The notes under the pieces were generated by a model, which made no database searches, was not told the origin of the DNA, and worked only from the letters and a program-made list of their open reading frames with translations. This document shows, piece by piece, positions 1 to 12,666 of a stretch of 64,000 nucleotides of DNA; the stretch's first letter is position 1; the number at the start of each line of letters is the position of its first letter. Source of the stretch: Saprolegnia diclina VS20 (Eukaryota); contig NW_008246075.1 of the NCBI RefSeq assembly GCF_000281045.1, forward strand, positions 777,344 to 841,343, read 5' to 3'. The translations under genes and the position numbers were made by a program.

Positions 1-82
1 CACGAGCATCAACTTGGAAGACAAGTAATTTTGCCACACGAAGCGTTCAACATGCGACTGTGCTGTGTATTCCTTTGCAGTA

Positions 83-1481
83 TCAATGGTCGTGGGACTT
101 GGCTTCGGCCTGCGCGCCGAGCTCCTTGGAGCGGTCGTAAGCCGCCCAAATCGAGTCGGCAATCACAGCGCGGAACCCATTCTTCTCCGCACGGTACATG
201 GCGGCGGCGGTCGTGCCACCTACGTACAATCGTGGTTCATCGAGACATTCGTCGTCTCAGCCAAATCGGACCGGGACTCGTAATGTTGTTGCGAAGCACG
301 ACTGGGTGCAAGCCTGACGACTGCATGTACAGCGCCGACCCGAGCATCGTCTGCTGCACCAGTTTCTAGGACGTGGTTGAGCATCTTCGCAGATCTTAGT
401 GCGAAGCGACTACCTGCGCAACCGTGCGGCTAAAGCCCATGTGGACACCGGCGTCGATCATGGCTTCGGCGACAAGGAAAAAATAGGCTACGAGCGTTCA
501 CGAGTGGTGGCGTGCGCGTAGCCATGCATGTTGTACCTGGACCCGAGCCCGAGAGCGCCGTGGCCATATCGAGGTTCTTCTCGTCCGCGACAAACACTTG
601 CTTGCCAAACGCGCCGAGGATTTTCTTTGTCTACATGCACGCAACTTACAGTCACCGAGCCGGGAGCACGCAATGTGTATACGAGATCATGCTGGACGTC
701 GCTGACGTTGGATGACTGCGTCCAGACCGTGATGCCTTCGCCAATCATGGCAGGCGTGTTGGGCATCGACCGCACAATGCACGTGTCGGGGCCGAGCTCC
801 TTCTTGTACGCTAGTCGTCCGTGGTGAGACCAGTATGGAACAGCCAGGGTAGTACCATCGATCGTGACGCCGGCCACGATCGAGATGACGAGCGCATTTG
901 GGTCGAGATACTTTTTCAAATCCTCAAAGACCTACAGACGTAGAATAAGTTCCTAGTCGAGCGTTGGCGGTTTACCGCTTGCTTGAGCACTTGGGGTTTG
1001 ACGGCGACGATCACCACGTCGGCGCCGACGAGCGCCTTCTTGTTCTTATCGACGGTCTCGACGTGCATTTGGTCAAACTTGTCGCGTGTTTCTAGTCATC
1101 ATGCCGTCGTCTTAGCCATGGCGGTGGAGCTGGGATTCGAGTACCCGGGCTCGGCGCCGAGACGAGGACCTGGCTCGGCGGCAAGAGCTCCTGTGTCATC
1201 ATGCCCGTAATGATGGCCTCGGCCATGTTGCCGCCACCGATAAACGCGACGCGGTTCACGTTGAGCGTCGGGTTCGGGCCCATGTTCTCGTCTTCGTCGT
1301 CTTCGTCGGCACGCGTGCGCTTGGCCGACTTGGTGTACATGGGCGCGTACTTCTCTAGCACGGCCGAGTGCGACCGGTACCGGACCAGAGGCGTGGCCGG
1401 CGTCTCGAAGAGCGACGAGGCAAAGGCAGCGCGGACGACGCGGGACCGGCGGCGGAGGGTGGCAGTCGCGACGCGGAGCAT
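83..1481 (-). CDS. P5CR: Pyrroline-5-carboxylate reductase, multi-exon, with a likely mitochondrial presequence
   Basis: Motifs RVAFIGGGNMAEAI, VIVAVKPQ, VISIVAG, IVRSMPNTPAMIGEG and the C-terminal GGTTAAA...FRAVIADSIWAAYDRSKELG. Arg/Ala/Ser-rich N-terminus MLRVATATLRRRSRVVRAAF. Confidence 0.93.
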
Positions 1482-1994
1482 GGCGATTCTGTGGTTGGAA
1501 GCAGGATATTTTCGAAATACTTCAACTGCGACGGGTGCACGTCTATTACAATAGCTTGAATTGAGTATGCAGATCCAGCCACCTGCTGCTGGGTTCACCA
1601 TATGGTGGCACCACCAGCACCACCACAAGATAAATCGACACTATGGCAACCGGATTCGGATGATTTGTGTCGTCGCAATTCTGCGATCCTGACGCATTTT
1701 AGGCAAAGGCCGGTGCTAGGGTCTCAAGGCAGCGTTGGAAGCATGATAGTATCGTAGGATTCTAGGTGAATACTATATTACTAAAATACGCACAAGAGAA
1801 ACGTGGCGAGATGGTCCTTGCGTGAACGTGTCGCCATCGCAAGGTCTTTGTCTGCCATCGATTGCTTTCTAATGCTTTTGAGCAATAAATAGCAAGCATT
1901 TATAAAGCCTGTTTGTATCCGGAATGCTCTCGAAGCGCCGGATACAGCGATGATGTAATGTGATTGGTGGATATTCCGACAAGTATTGCGAGCG

Positions 1995-4900
1995 ATGAGC
2001 ACGCTGGCCGCGGGAGCTGACCAACTCGGGCTTGAGCGCTTGGCCATCGACGCCCTCGGCGCCTCGATGCGTGCGATCAACCACTGCGTCGACTCCATCC
2101 GAGCAGTGCCATTGGACGCGACGGCGGCCATGACAGACAACATCCTGCAAGCGATGGGCATCAAAGCGGATGTTGGCCATGCCAACGTTGGCTCGGTCGT
2201 CGCATCACGTCTGGTCGCTCTTCTGCAAGACCTCGCCACCGCCATTGTCAAAGGCGAGGCACTCGAGGTACCCAGAATATGCCTTCGAATCCATACGTAT
2301 GTCGAGCGCTAGACCACACGCCCGCCGGATGCGAATCCCGCCAAGCCGCGCGCGCCGCTGTGCCTCTTGAGTCTGCGCGACTACACGGGCGTCCAGGCAG
2401 CCATCGAGCTGCTCGTGACGTGGGGCATGTACCCGTGTGTCGAAACTGGCATTCTCGTGCCAATCGATCAGCGCGTCGTGTCCAAGACCATGAAGAGTAC
2501 GCAGTTTTCCCAACCGCCTACAGTCTCACGGGTGTATCTAGTTGCAAAGCCGGTGGTCGCCCACGGTAGTCAGCTGCCGACCGCGTCGCCGCACGACCAG
2601 CTCTACACCGTCGTTTCGTGCCTTCTCACCGTGCTGCAGCTCTCGCAGTTCAAACCGATGCTGCTGCCGGCGTACCTCCGTGATATCTTTGCCGCGCTCG
2701 TGTACGAGCGCCATGTGTCCAAGGGCCCACACTCGCTTGCCGCCCAAACGCTCCTGGATGCGCTCATGGACGACCTCCCGCTTCGCGTCACGATGAGCAG
2801 CGTCCGCGCCGTCTTGGGGCAGTGCCACCGGTCGCCCAGTACTCGATTCCTTTGCCTACTTCTCGAATCCTCACTGCAATGTACAGATGCGATGTTCAAG
2901 ACCCAGTGCGGTCTCCTTCTCACAGCGTGCGTGCTCAAGCCTGGCGGCGTGCACTCGACCGTCGAAGTGCTTTTGAGCAATGTCGACGAAGGCAACACGC
3001 AAGCACGCATGCAAGTCGCCAGTCTCGTACGTTCTTGATAGACTGATAGATTGATACGAAACCGTTGCCGTATAGATTGCGCGCTGCCCGCGTGGGTACG
3101 AACGCGATGCGTACCTCGCCGCGGTCGCACCGCAGCTGCTGCAGCTACTGAGTGCAAAGGACTTGCCCCAAACCGCCAAGCTCCTTCGGGAAACGACGGG
3201 CTTGATTCTGTGCCAACTCATCTTGGAGTATCCGCTTGCGCACGTCGACAGCACGCTCTTGCAGCCGCTGCTCGGACCGCTCCTGCGCGTCGAGAGCCAG
3301 CCACGAGACGTCTTTGAGAAGAGCGACGACATCCACTTCATCGCCACCGAAGACGAGCTCGGTGCTTGCCTCGCCGCGCTCAACGGTACGCACCGCTTCC
3401 ATCATATGCTGTGTTGAGTTTTCATGGTAGTCATGCTGCTGGGGCCGCCGCCACCGGCGCCCGTGCTTCTCGCGCTTGCGCCGTTCTTTCGTCCGCTTGT
3501 TCTGCTCTACGCCTTTTGCGTCGCAAGGTAGTAGTACATGCCTTCGATCGAGCGTCCATCTGCATTGGGTGTGCGCTAGTAAATCCTACTGGAAGGAGAC
3601 GGTGCAGCAACTGCTCGCAGGTAGGTCAGCCCAAGAGACGCGCTCATACAGAGTGGTATAGCGTACATTCAAGCAGCGCCGTTGGCGGCCTTGCTGCTGC
3701 AGTGCGCAGTCGCACCTGTGAACCCGACGCACCGCGCCAGCGTACTGCCCGTCGGCTTTGCGTCTGCTTCACATCTCGCGTGTACGTTCTCGGCGGGTGG
3801 CTCGGGCGGCGCCGCCATCACCGCCCTCGACACGCATTATCCCACTGACGTGATCGTTGCTGGTGTCGTCGACCTGCTCCAGGCGCCAGCGCTCGAAGCC
3901 TGCGATGTTGTCGGCGATCTCTTCACGTCGCTTTTGACCAGCTACATGCAGCTCAAGACCGGTGCGTCGTCCACGTCATCAGCAACGGCTGGCATGGAGG
4001 CCTATGCTGCCGTAGTCCAAGCGCAAGAGAGTGCTCCGTCAATGTTGCAGCTGCTCGTCGCTCTCACCGAGGTCGTGGGCCCCGCCGTCTTGCGCAGCGG
4101 CGCGTCGATTCTGCAGTGCCTCGTGACCGTCATCGACATGTACACGTCGTCGACGTCGACGCACTCTGTGTACACGCCGCCCTCGTCCAATGACGACGAC
4201 GACGATGAGACAGCCATGGACGTGCTGAGCGTCTGCCTTGGTATGGTCACCACGATCCTCGAGGTCGGCGCGCGCGACCGGGCGCATAACGAAGAAGCGC
4301 TGCTCAAGCAACTGCTTCCGTCGCTCGAGGCTCTCTCGATGCACCCGAAAATCGACATTGCCGAGATGGCGTCGGAGCTTCGCTTGCAGCTGCTGGCACG
4401 GGCGTCGCACGCCGAGCCCGAGCCCAAGTTCACGGCGCTCACGTTCGCCAACATTCTTGCGCTGTCGGAGAAGGACCTCCAGAGCCCGTCGGTGCCGTTG
4501 CGGGCGCGCGGCCTCGTGCGCTTGAACAAACTCATTCGGAGCCGAGAGGCCATTGACGTCGCCGCGCTCATGAAGCTCTTCCTCGCGCACCTCCACGACG
4601 TCGAGAGCTACGTGTTTCTGGCGTCAATTCAAGTACGTTGTGCTCTATTGCGCGGGATGTGTGGGAGTGCACGCACCTTAGGCGCTCGCGAGTCTGGCCG
4701 ACATGCACCCAACGATTGCGATCCCGATGCTCCTCAACGCAGCGACCGACGCGACGGCGACTCTTTCGCTCGATCAGCGCATCAAGCTCAGCGAGGCGCT
4801 CATGTTTACGGCGCGGCGATGCGGCGAGGTCCTGCCCGCGTACAGCCGAGGCTTTGTGCACGCGTACTTGGGCGCGATCCGCACGACGTCGGCCACGACC

Positions 4901-5400
4901 GACTTGGCCGACGCCACGTACCGAGCGAGCTGCCTCTCCAACTTGGCCGAGGTTGACCTGATGCCTATGGTTGTTTTACGTGCTTATACGCATGCCTACA
5001 TGTAGGTCTGCGGTCTCCTGCGCTGGGCGATTCATCCGTTCTTGACCGATGTCCTCCTGGTCGTCAAGGACGTTCTCCAGGTCGAGCGCGGTCATACTGA
5101 GCCGCAGATTGCGCTGCGCCGCGGCGCCGTGTACGTGCTACACCAAATGCTCCACGTACGTTTGGTATTTGCATCGCTGGTGCTGACGGTGCATGCGTGC
5201 TGTAGCTCATGGGCCGGGACGTGTTTGCGATCGCATCCGAGCACATGACGCCCATCTACCGGCTGCTCAAGGGCGTCGCGGGCGACTCGGACAGCGTGTG
5301 CGTCTTCCATGCGACGCAGGCGCTGGCCGAGCTCGATGGTCTCATGCGTGGCGAGCTCTTCCAGGTTGGGCGGTCATCGTCGATGGTCCAGCTGCTTTGA
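1995..5400 (+). CDS. TANGO6: TANGO6 / RNA polymerase II assembly factor Rtp1-like ARM/HEAT protein, multi-exon
   Basis: C-terminal block DLQSPSVPLRARGLVRLNKLI...LFLAHLHDVESYVFLASIQ, RIKLSEAL, RASCLSNLAE and LRRGAVYVL resembles the Rtp1/TANGO6 C-terminal domains. Exons are joined by short GT-AG introns. Confidence 0.75.
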
Positions 5401-5587
5401 GGTTCGACAAGAATAAATTTGGATTTCCAGCAAAATAGATCTCGGCCGTTTGGATTGGTCGTTGTATTTCAACGTCGCTTCCGATTGGCCACCGGAGAAT
5501 AGCGTTGAGCATGGCGAAACAGCGTTTGAGCGTTGAGCATGCCAAGTCGGCGAGGATAGCATGCATACGCAGTCAAGATTTAGAGGT

Positions 5588-7651
5588 ATGAAGCGAGCGC
5601 TCGACGTATCCGAAGCGGAGTCGACCCAGGTCCGGGCCAAGGCGCGCAGCGACCTCGACAAGCTCGGCGAAGAGGGCGTCGTGCGCCACGTCCTCTCGTA
5701 CCTCGACGTCAAGGACCACCACGTGGCCAAGGCCGTCTGCCGCGGCTGGAAAGGCCTGATCGAGACGCTGGACATGGCGGTCCTCGACCTGAGCGTGCGC
5801 TCGCCGCTCCATGCAAAGAACCTCGAGGCCGCGTTCCTCTCGACCATCAACAGCTACCGCGAAGTGCGCTTGATCAACTTTACGGGCCAGCGCTCGCTCT
5901 GCGACCGCGACCTCCTCGTACTCACGTCGTGCTTTTGGTCGTCGCTCGAGACGATCGTCGTCGACGACTGCCTCGACATCACCGACTTTGGCCTCCTCGC
6001 GATCCTCAACGCGCAGTCGCAGCGCCTCCATACGGTCTCGTTCCGCAACTGCAAGCTCGTGACCGGGCGCTTCGCGCAAACAGCGATCACCGGCCACCAC
6101 CCGTCGCTGCACACGCTCGACTTTCACAACACGCGGGTCGGCCTCCACCTCGTGCAGCACTTGGAGACGCGGTTTCCGTCGCTCCAGACCATTGTCGCGT
6201 CGCACACGCCGGCGCACTACGAGCTGCTCTGCGCGTCGCCGTGGGCCGACCTCCAAACCGAGTGGGCGCGCTGCGTCACGCACCAGCTCACCAAAGTCCA
6301 TTTCTCGATCGTGCTCAAGGACTTTGGCGCGCTCCAGCACCGCATGCCGCTCCGCACGGTCTTTGAAAAAACGCTTTTGCGCAGTGCAAACGCGCTCGTC
6401 GATCTGCCGCTCGACAGCGAGAGCTACGCGTCCGCGCTCCTCTACGTGTGCGAGCACGACATTGAAGACCTCGTGCCCATCCTCCTGAGCCTCGGCGCCG
6501 ACGTCGAAGTCACCAACAAGGACGGCGCGACACCGCTCTGCCTCGCGGCGACCAGCGGGTGCCTTGGCGCGGTCGACGCGCTCGTGAAACAGGGCGCGTG
6601 CGTCAACGCGCGGACGCTCTCGCTCGCGACTCCGCTCTACTTTGCGTCCGAGATGGATTGGACCGAGATCGTCGCGACGTTGCTGGCGCACAATGCGCGC
6701 ACAGACGCGACAACGACGTCCAACACGACACCGCTCTGCGTCGCGGCCAAGAACGGGTCACGCTCGACCGTGCGGCAGCTCATTCGGCACCGGTCGCGGC
6801 GCCCGAGCTTCGTCCGCGGCCTTCACGCGCCCAAGCCGACGCCCGAGTGGGTCCTTGCGCTCTGTTTGGCATGCGAGCGCAGCCACCACGAGATCGTGCT
6901 GGACCTCCTCAACCTCGGCTTGGACCCCAACGTGCTCATGGACAATGGAGTCACGCCGTTGTACCTCGCGTGCCAGATGGGCCACCACAAGATTGTCGAG
7001 ACGCTCTTGGCGCGCGGCGCTGACCCCAACTTTACGCGCGTCGGCGGCGTGAGCTGCCTGTACATTGCGAGCCAAGAAGGCAAGCTCGACGTCGTGAGCT
7101 GCTTGACCAAGTACGCGGTGAACGTATCGGCGGTGATGGACGACAAGAGCGCGGCCTTGCACATCGCCGCGCGCATGGGCCACCGCGACATTGCGCTGCA
7201 TCTGCTCATGCACGGCGCCGATCCCAACGGACAGACGCGGTCCGGCTTGACGCCGCTTTTGATTGCGTGCGAAGAAGGCCATGTCGCGCTCGTTGCCTAC
7301 TTGCTCTCGCTCCCGAGCGTGCAGCTCAATCTGCAGACGCACAACGGCACGACGCCGCTCTTTATCGCGTGCCAGCGCGGCTTTCGCGACATCGTGGCGC
7401 TCCTCTTGGTGGCCGGCGCGGACGTCAACGTGGCCAAAGCCAACGGCACGAGTCCGATCGACGCGGCGAGCATGCTCGGCCACCGCGACATTGTCACGCT
7501 CTTGCTGCGCCACGGCGCGCGCGTCGGCGGCCTCGCCTTGCACTTTGCAGAACGGCGAAAGGACACGAGTCTCCTCGCGCTACTGCTGCAGCAGCACCAA
7601 GCGCAGTGGTATGCGCCGGAGGTCCCAACAATGGTCGACTATGTCCAATAA
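5588..7651 (+). CDS. F-box + LRR + ankyrin-repeat protein (intronless)
   Basis: F-box-like LGEEGVVRHVLSYLDVKDHHVAKAVCRGWKGL, LRRs (LETIVVDDCLDITDFGLLAI) and about 10 ankyrin repeats (GATPLCLAA, GVTPLYLAC, GLTPLLIAC, GTTPLFIAC). An alternative ATG lies at 5561. Confidence 0.88.
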   Translation: MKRALDVSEAESTQVRAKARSDLDKLGEEGVVRHVLSYLDVKDHHVAKAVCRGWKGLIETLDMAVLDLSVRSPLHAKNLEAAFLSTINSYREVRLINFTGQRSLCDRDLLVLTSCFWSSLETIVVDDCLDITDFGLLAILNAQSQRLHTVSFRNCKLVTGRFAQTAITGHHPSLHTLDFHNTRVGLHLVQHLETRFPSLQTIVASHTPAHYELLCASPWADLQTEWARCVTHQLTKVHFSIVLKDFGALQHRMPLRTVFEKTLLRSANALVDLPLDSESYASALLYVCEHDIEDLVPILLSLGADVEVTNKDGATPLCLAATSGCLGAVDALVKQGACVNARTLSLATPLYFASEMDWTEIVATLLAHNARTDATTTSNTTPLCVAAKNGSRSTVRQLIRHRSRRPSFVRGLHAPKPTPEWVLALCLACERSHHEIVLDLLNLGLDPNVLMDNGVTPLYLACQMGHHKIVETLLARGADPNFTRVGGVSCLYIASQEGKLDVVSCLTKYAVNVSAVMDDKSAALHIAARMGHRDIALHLLMHGADPNGQTRSGLTPLLIACEEGHVALVAYLLSLPSVQLNLQTHNGTTPLFIACQRGFRDIVALLLVAGADVNVAKANGTSPIDAASMLGHRDIVTLLLRHGARVGGLALHFAERRKDTSLLALLLQQHQAQWYAPEVPTMVDYVQ

Positions 7652-7744
7652 CCTATAAACAACGACAATTCAAATTTATTATCCATCGAGCGTCTACTAG
7701 CAAGTACGAACCCTAACCCTCTCCATATACCAGGACGACTAGTA

Positions 7745-8732
7745 TTAAGTTTTCGTTGTGCTGGATGGCGCATCGAGCAAGGGTGCTTCGATCGTGATCG
7801 GGCGCTTGGTGAGCGGATGCAAAAACTGAACGCGCATGGCGTGCAGCCATAGGCGGGTGCTCGCGGCGCCACCGTAGCGACGGTCGCCGTCGATCGGGGC
7901 ACCGAGAATGTCGGCGCAGTGGCGTCGCAGCTGGTGCTTGCGTCCGGTCGACGGCTGCAGCTCCAGCAAGGCGGTGCGCCCGACGCGCTCTAAGAGCCGG
8001 TAGGTTGTGCGCGCCGGCTTGGCCTCCAACGGATGATCGATGACCCCTTCTGTGGCCAGACCACCGGTGCTTGGCCACGTGACGTGTGCGAGGTACGTCT
8101 TGTGCACCTAGCGCCGTCGTGAGTCCCGCTCTGTAGACGCAAGTCGAGCACCTCTTCGGTGCGAAACATCTCTGCAAGCTCGGCGGCCGCGAGCCGCGTC
8201 TTGGCGAGTAGCAAGACGCCCGAGGTACCTACGCACGCCCATCGCACCTGGCTGCTGTCCGTCGCGTACCTTTGTCGAGACGGTGAACGAGTTTGCACTG
8301 CGGGTAGCGCGTCGCGACCGAGTCGAGGGTCTTGGAACCGAGCTGCGTCGCGAGGTTCGTGGGCTTGAAGACGGCGAGGATGGCATCGTCCTCGTACAAA
8401 ACGGGCAGACGTGGAAGCGACGGCGTCGGCGTTGGCGCGGGCAATGCGTCCGCGATTAGCTCGGCGTAGAGATGCGCTTGGATACCAATGCGGTACTTGG
8501 CATCGGCCATGAGCTTGTAGCTAGCATCGGCCTTGTGCTTGGTGTTGTCGAGGACGTCAACGAGCACAATGCGCTTCTAGAAGGCGACGTCAGCAGTAGC
8601 ATATCGACAGGAGGACGAGCGCACCTCTCGGAGATGGCGCTGGAAGAAGCTCTGCGGTCGCTTGAAGTGGACCTTGAGCCACCGGTCCAAGCGCATCTTG
8701 GCATCGTCCTTGCCGATGGCGAGGAGCTTCAT
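7745..8732 (-). CDS. RluA/RluC-family RNA pseudouridine synthase, multi-exon
   Basis: S4-like MRLDRWLK, LYEDDAILAVFKP, catalytic VHRLDKGTSGVLLLAK, KTYLA, TGRKHQLRRH, PIDGDRRYG and LWLHA. Confidence 0.9.
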
Positions 8733-9059
8733 GCTGAAGACTACTACTATGTTGACGCTAGCAGCACCCAACTTTAGCCTTGGTGCAAACGAAAGCGCAA
8801 ATTTAGTGCGATGCTATTCCGCGGTACAGCATCAATGTACCCTTGCTGTGGGGTTCAAGTAGGCTTGTTGAGGATGCGCACTTGGCCTGGCCGTGCCATG
8901 ACTGCTTGGGAGCGCTTGGTCGGCAAGAGTTGCGTGATATTAGCGCGCGCGGTGGTCACAGCCGGAGTTTTGACCAATCGAATGCTGCTCTGCGGTATGG
9001 TCCAATCACAGTCGGCTTGTTCAAATTCAAACCCTCGCCCATCGACGACGTCCAGCACG

Positions 9060-10883
9060 ATGAGCCAGCCAGCGTCAACGTACTCGTTCCCGGTGCTCAA
9101 GATGTCGGACCTCTTCCTGCATCTCAAGGGCATGAGCATCACGTTCGCCGAGGATGACATCCGCAACTGCGAGCCGAGCGCGGTAGACGGCGACGACCCT
9201 GCGCATGGCGCTCATGCAGTCGTAGGTGCGTCGGGTCATCGAAGACTTTATCCTTGTCATCATGGGCATCGGCAAAGACGAGCTGTGCCAGCCTGCGCTC
9301 TCGGGCCTCAGCGCGCTCGAGTACCCGCAGCTCCACGAAGACTCGATTCCCGAGATCGCGTACTACCGCACGGCCTGCCGGCTCACGCTCGCCGCCGGCG
9401 TCAACGACTTTGGCTGGGCCGACGTGCAAAAGCCGACGCTCAAGCGCGTTCGGCGCATCCTCAGCGCGCTCATCAACTTTACGCGCTTCAAGGAAGAGCG
9501 CACGACGTTCCTCGCGCAATACGAGAAGAAGACGGTATCGATCTATCTACTTGCATGACCGACACCAAGGAAGAAGATGCAGTGAATGAGGTATGTAGGA
9601 CGACGAACTGCGCTTGCGCCAAGAAGCCGAAGACGAGAATGCAGCCTTGCGGCGCCAGCTCGACGAGCTCCGGTAGCGTCGACCGCACTGTCCTCTGCCA
9701 CACGCAATCGTAGGGCTCGGCAAGCGAACGAAGCGCCGGCGCTGCAGCAGGTCATGGAAGAGTGCGTCATCCTCGAAGGCGAAATCAACGTACTCAACAA
9801 GCGCCAAGCCGTGCTTCGCCATGAAAACGCTGGCTTGAAGAACCAAAGCAACCAGCTCCGCGATGACTACGTACACGCAACTCACTCCCGTGTCCATACT
9901 GTGATGCCTTCAACTAGGCGTCAGTGCAATTCGCAGTCCTCGAGGCCAACAAGACGACAGAGCGCCTCCAGAGCAAGATTGTGAGCTCACCCGCTCGGTT
10001 CAAGTCGGTGCGTCAGCTATCGTGGAGGCTACCAACACGCAACTCTCGTTTCCCCAACAGGAAATTTCCGACATTGCCGTGCAAGTCGATGCGTCCAAGG
10101 AAGAGCTCGACCTCTTGGACCGACGCACGACCGAGCTGCAGATGACCCACGATGTGTTTGCCCGGGCCGACAAGGTAGAACGTGGGTTAAAGGCTGTGAC
10201 GTAATCGCGGGGTCGGGTCTAGGAAACCAACAAGGCCATTGAGCTCATGCAAGAGACTGAAGTGGACACGGCGCGCTGCAAGGCAGAGAAGGACAACGTC
10301 AAGGCGCAGCACCAGCTCATTGAAGAGAGCTACAACAAGGCCAAGCACGCAGTCGCCCACCACGCGGTTCGCATCATCGATGTCCTTCGAACGCGACGCT
10401 CATCTTCTCCGTAGCGCCTTCAAAAGCTGTTGCAGCAGCGCAAGGAGCAGCTCGAACAGTACAAGCTGCAAGGCTCCAAGAAGATGCAGGCTGCGGAACA
10501 CGTACCGTTTGTCATGAAGCATGGAGCGGTTGGGACGGAGGAATTCATGCGTAGGCGCTCGAGTCGGCCTTGAACGAGTTGGGTCAGCGCCAGGAAAAGA
10601 CACGCGGTATTGAACTGGCGATCAGCACCAAGCAGCAGTCGGCGCAGGAGCTGCAGCGCAAGGTACACTGCCTTCATGGTCGTAAATGTATTATCAACAT
10701 GTGTCGAGTAGATGCAACAAGAGCAGAAGGAGTACGAGCACAAGCTGCGAGACATGGAAGAGGTATACCATCTCGAGTCCGTGGCGCTGCAAAACCTCTT
10801 GGTAGACGTTCATCCAGATGGAAATGCAGGTCAAGGCGTACAACCGCAGCTTGCTGCAAGTCATGGCCGAGCCGGCGCCGTAA
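9060..10883 (+). CDS. NUF2: Kinetochore protein Nuf2, multi-exon
   Basis: N-terminal YSFPVLK and CH-domain end DFGWADVQKPTLKRVRRILSALINFTRFKEER, followed by coiled-coil exons (IVSSPARFK). Confidence 0.88.
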
Positions 10884-11596
10884 TCACACTGTTGTTAGGC
10901 TATCTAAGTGGACAAGCTGTATCTATCTCACTCGTGTTATTGCTTCCACGCTCAGCCCTCGAGTGTTATAGCAAATGTCATAATGCGCCAAACAATCTGA
11001 ATTGAAAGCTTCTAGTCAAGCACATATGACGGCGAATGGCCTTATAGATTCTACTCTACAAGTAGTAGGACCCGGTACGTGCTCTAGTTAGTAGGATAGC
11101 TACCTACTAAGGTGTAGCTAGCAAGATACGGCTTCTCGCCGCTTCAAAAGCCGGCTCCGACACCACTTGGGTTTACACAAACAATTGTTGTGTCGACACT
11201 GCAGTGGCCTCGACACTGGTCACTGTCGTAATGGTATCCAGATTGCTGGAAGATCGACGAAGGAACCGGGATGGGTTCGGGTGTCGGCTGAGTTCAAGTG
11301 CAATCGACCGGCGGCGTCGACAGCCGCTGCATCGGGCGCATAAAAACTGCATTTGACCGCGGTTAAATGGGCAAAATGACAACTTGTGCATACCACATGT
11401 GGGAAGCGGCCGTCGCTGCGGCGGAGCCCGTTGAGCTCTCCGTTGGCGCCAAGCTGTCAAGATGGTGGATACATCGGCACTGGCGATGTCACCCGACTTC
11501 ACTTCGTTTTCTCAAAACGAATAACGTCACCCAATTCCGTTTAACGTATTGGATTGAAGAGTAAAACGCAAATGACCGGCGCGGACCCGGCCGCAG

Positions 11597-11611
11597 ATCA
11601 TTTTGGATTTT
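11597..11611 (+). promoter_or_regulatory. Oomycete INR/FPR core promoter element of the carbonic anhydrase gene
   Basis: ATCATTTTGGATTTT about 10 nt upstream of the ATG resembles the oomycete TCATTY-NNN-WTTY motif. Similar copies occur at 13340, 27503, 34043 and 53062. Confidence 0.6.
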
Positions 11612-11620
11612 AGCAGCAGC

Positions 11621-12666
11621 ATGCACAGCCGCTTGGGTCTTCGCCTTGCCTCGTCGGTCGTCCGCGCCGCAGGTTTGCCCTGCATATGAGGAAGTCGAGG
11701 CTCATGATGGACACGCTTAGGCCCGCTTGGCACGCAGGCGCAGAAGCGCTCGGTGGCCTTCTCGCATGGCAAAAAGGGCCTCCAGGAACTGCTCCATCGC
11801 AACAAGGAATGGGCAAGCAACGTCAAGAAAGACGACCCGACGTACTTCTCCAAGCTCGCAGACACGCAGACGCCCGAAGTGCTCTGGATCGGTACGCTTC
11901 GCCACGTCGCATGCTCGAGTCTCACGCGCCACGTAGGCTGCTCGGACTCGCGCGTGCCGGCCAACCAGATTTTGGACCTTCCGCCGGGCGAGGTGTTTGT
12001 GCACCGCAACATTGCCAACCAGTTTTGTACGTTGTCATGACGACGCTATACCATGCTCATGCCATCCTTGCCCTAGTGAGCACCGACTTGAACGCGCTTT
12101 CCGTGCTCGAGTACGCCGTGAACGTACTCAAAGTCAAGCACGTCATCGTGTGTACGTTGCCATGCTCTGTTCTTACGTCGACGCAACCTCATTGCTGGCT
12201 TCAGGCGGGCACTACGGCTGCGGCGGTGTCAACGCGGCCTTGTCCCAACAAGAGTTTGGACTCGTTGACAACTGGCTTCGCAGCATCAAGGACATTTACA
12301 GCGACAACACGGCAGTCTTTGAGCGTAACACGCAATGCACGAGCTCGCAAGGTCATATTACCACGTGTAGGCCTCTCGGACGACAAGAAGAAATCCGACT
12401 TGCTCACAGAACTCAACGTGGCCAAGTCGGTCTATAACGTCTGCCACACGCGCATCGTTCAGAACGCCTGGCAGCGAGACCAGGAGCTGCAAGTACATGG
12501 CTGGTGCTACCGGTACACCTGCGTGGAAGCTCATCACCGCAAACATCGATGGTTGCGTAGACTCAAGGACGGTATCATTCGCGATCTGAAGATTTGCATC
12601 TCGGGCGAGGAGCAGGTCGAGGCGATCTACCGCAAGATGATGGAGAAGACGACGCCCGAGCTCTGA
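11621..12666 (+). CDS. Beta-class carbonic anhydrase with a probable mitochondrial presequence, multi-exon
   Basis: QTPEVLWIG-CSDSRVP, GEVFVHRNIAN, LEYAVNVLKVKHVIVC-GHYGCGGV and VHGWCY. Exon 1 MHSRLGLRLASSVVRAA splices in frame. Confidence 0.95.
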
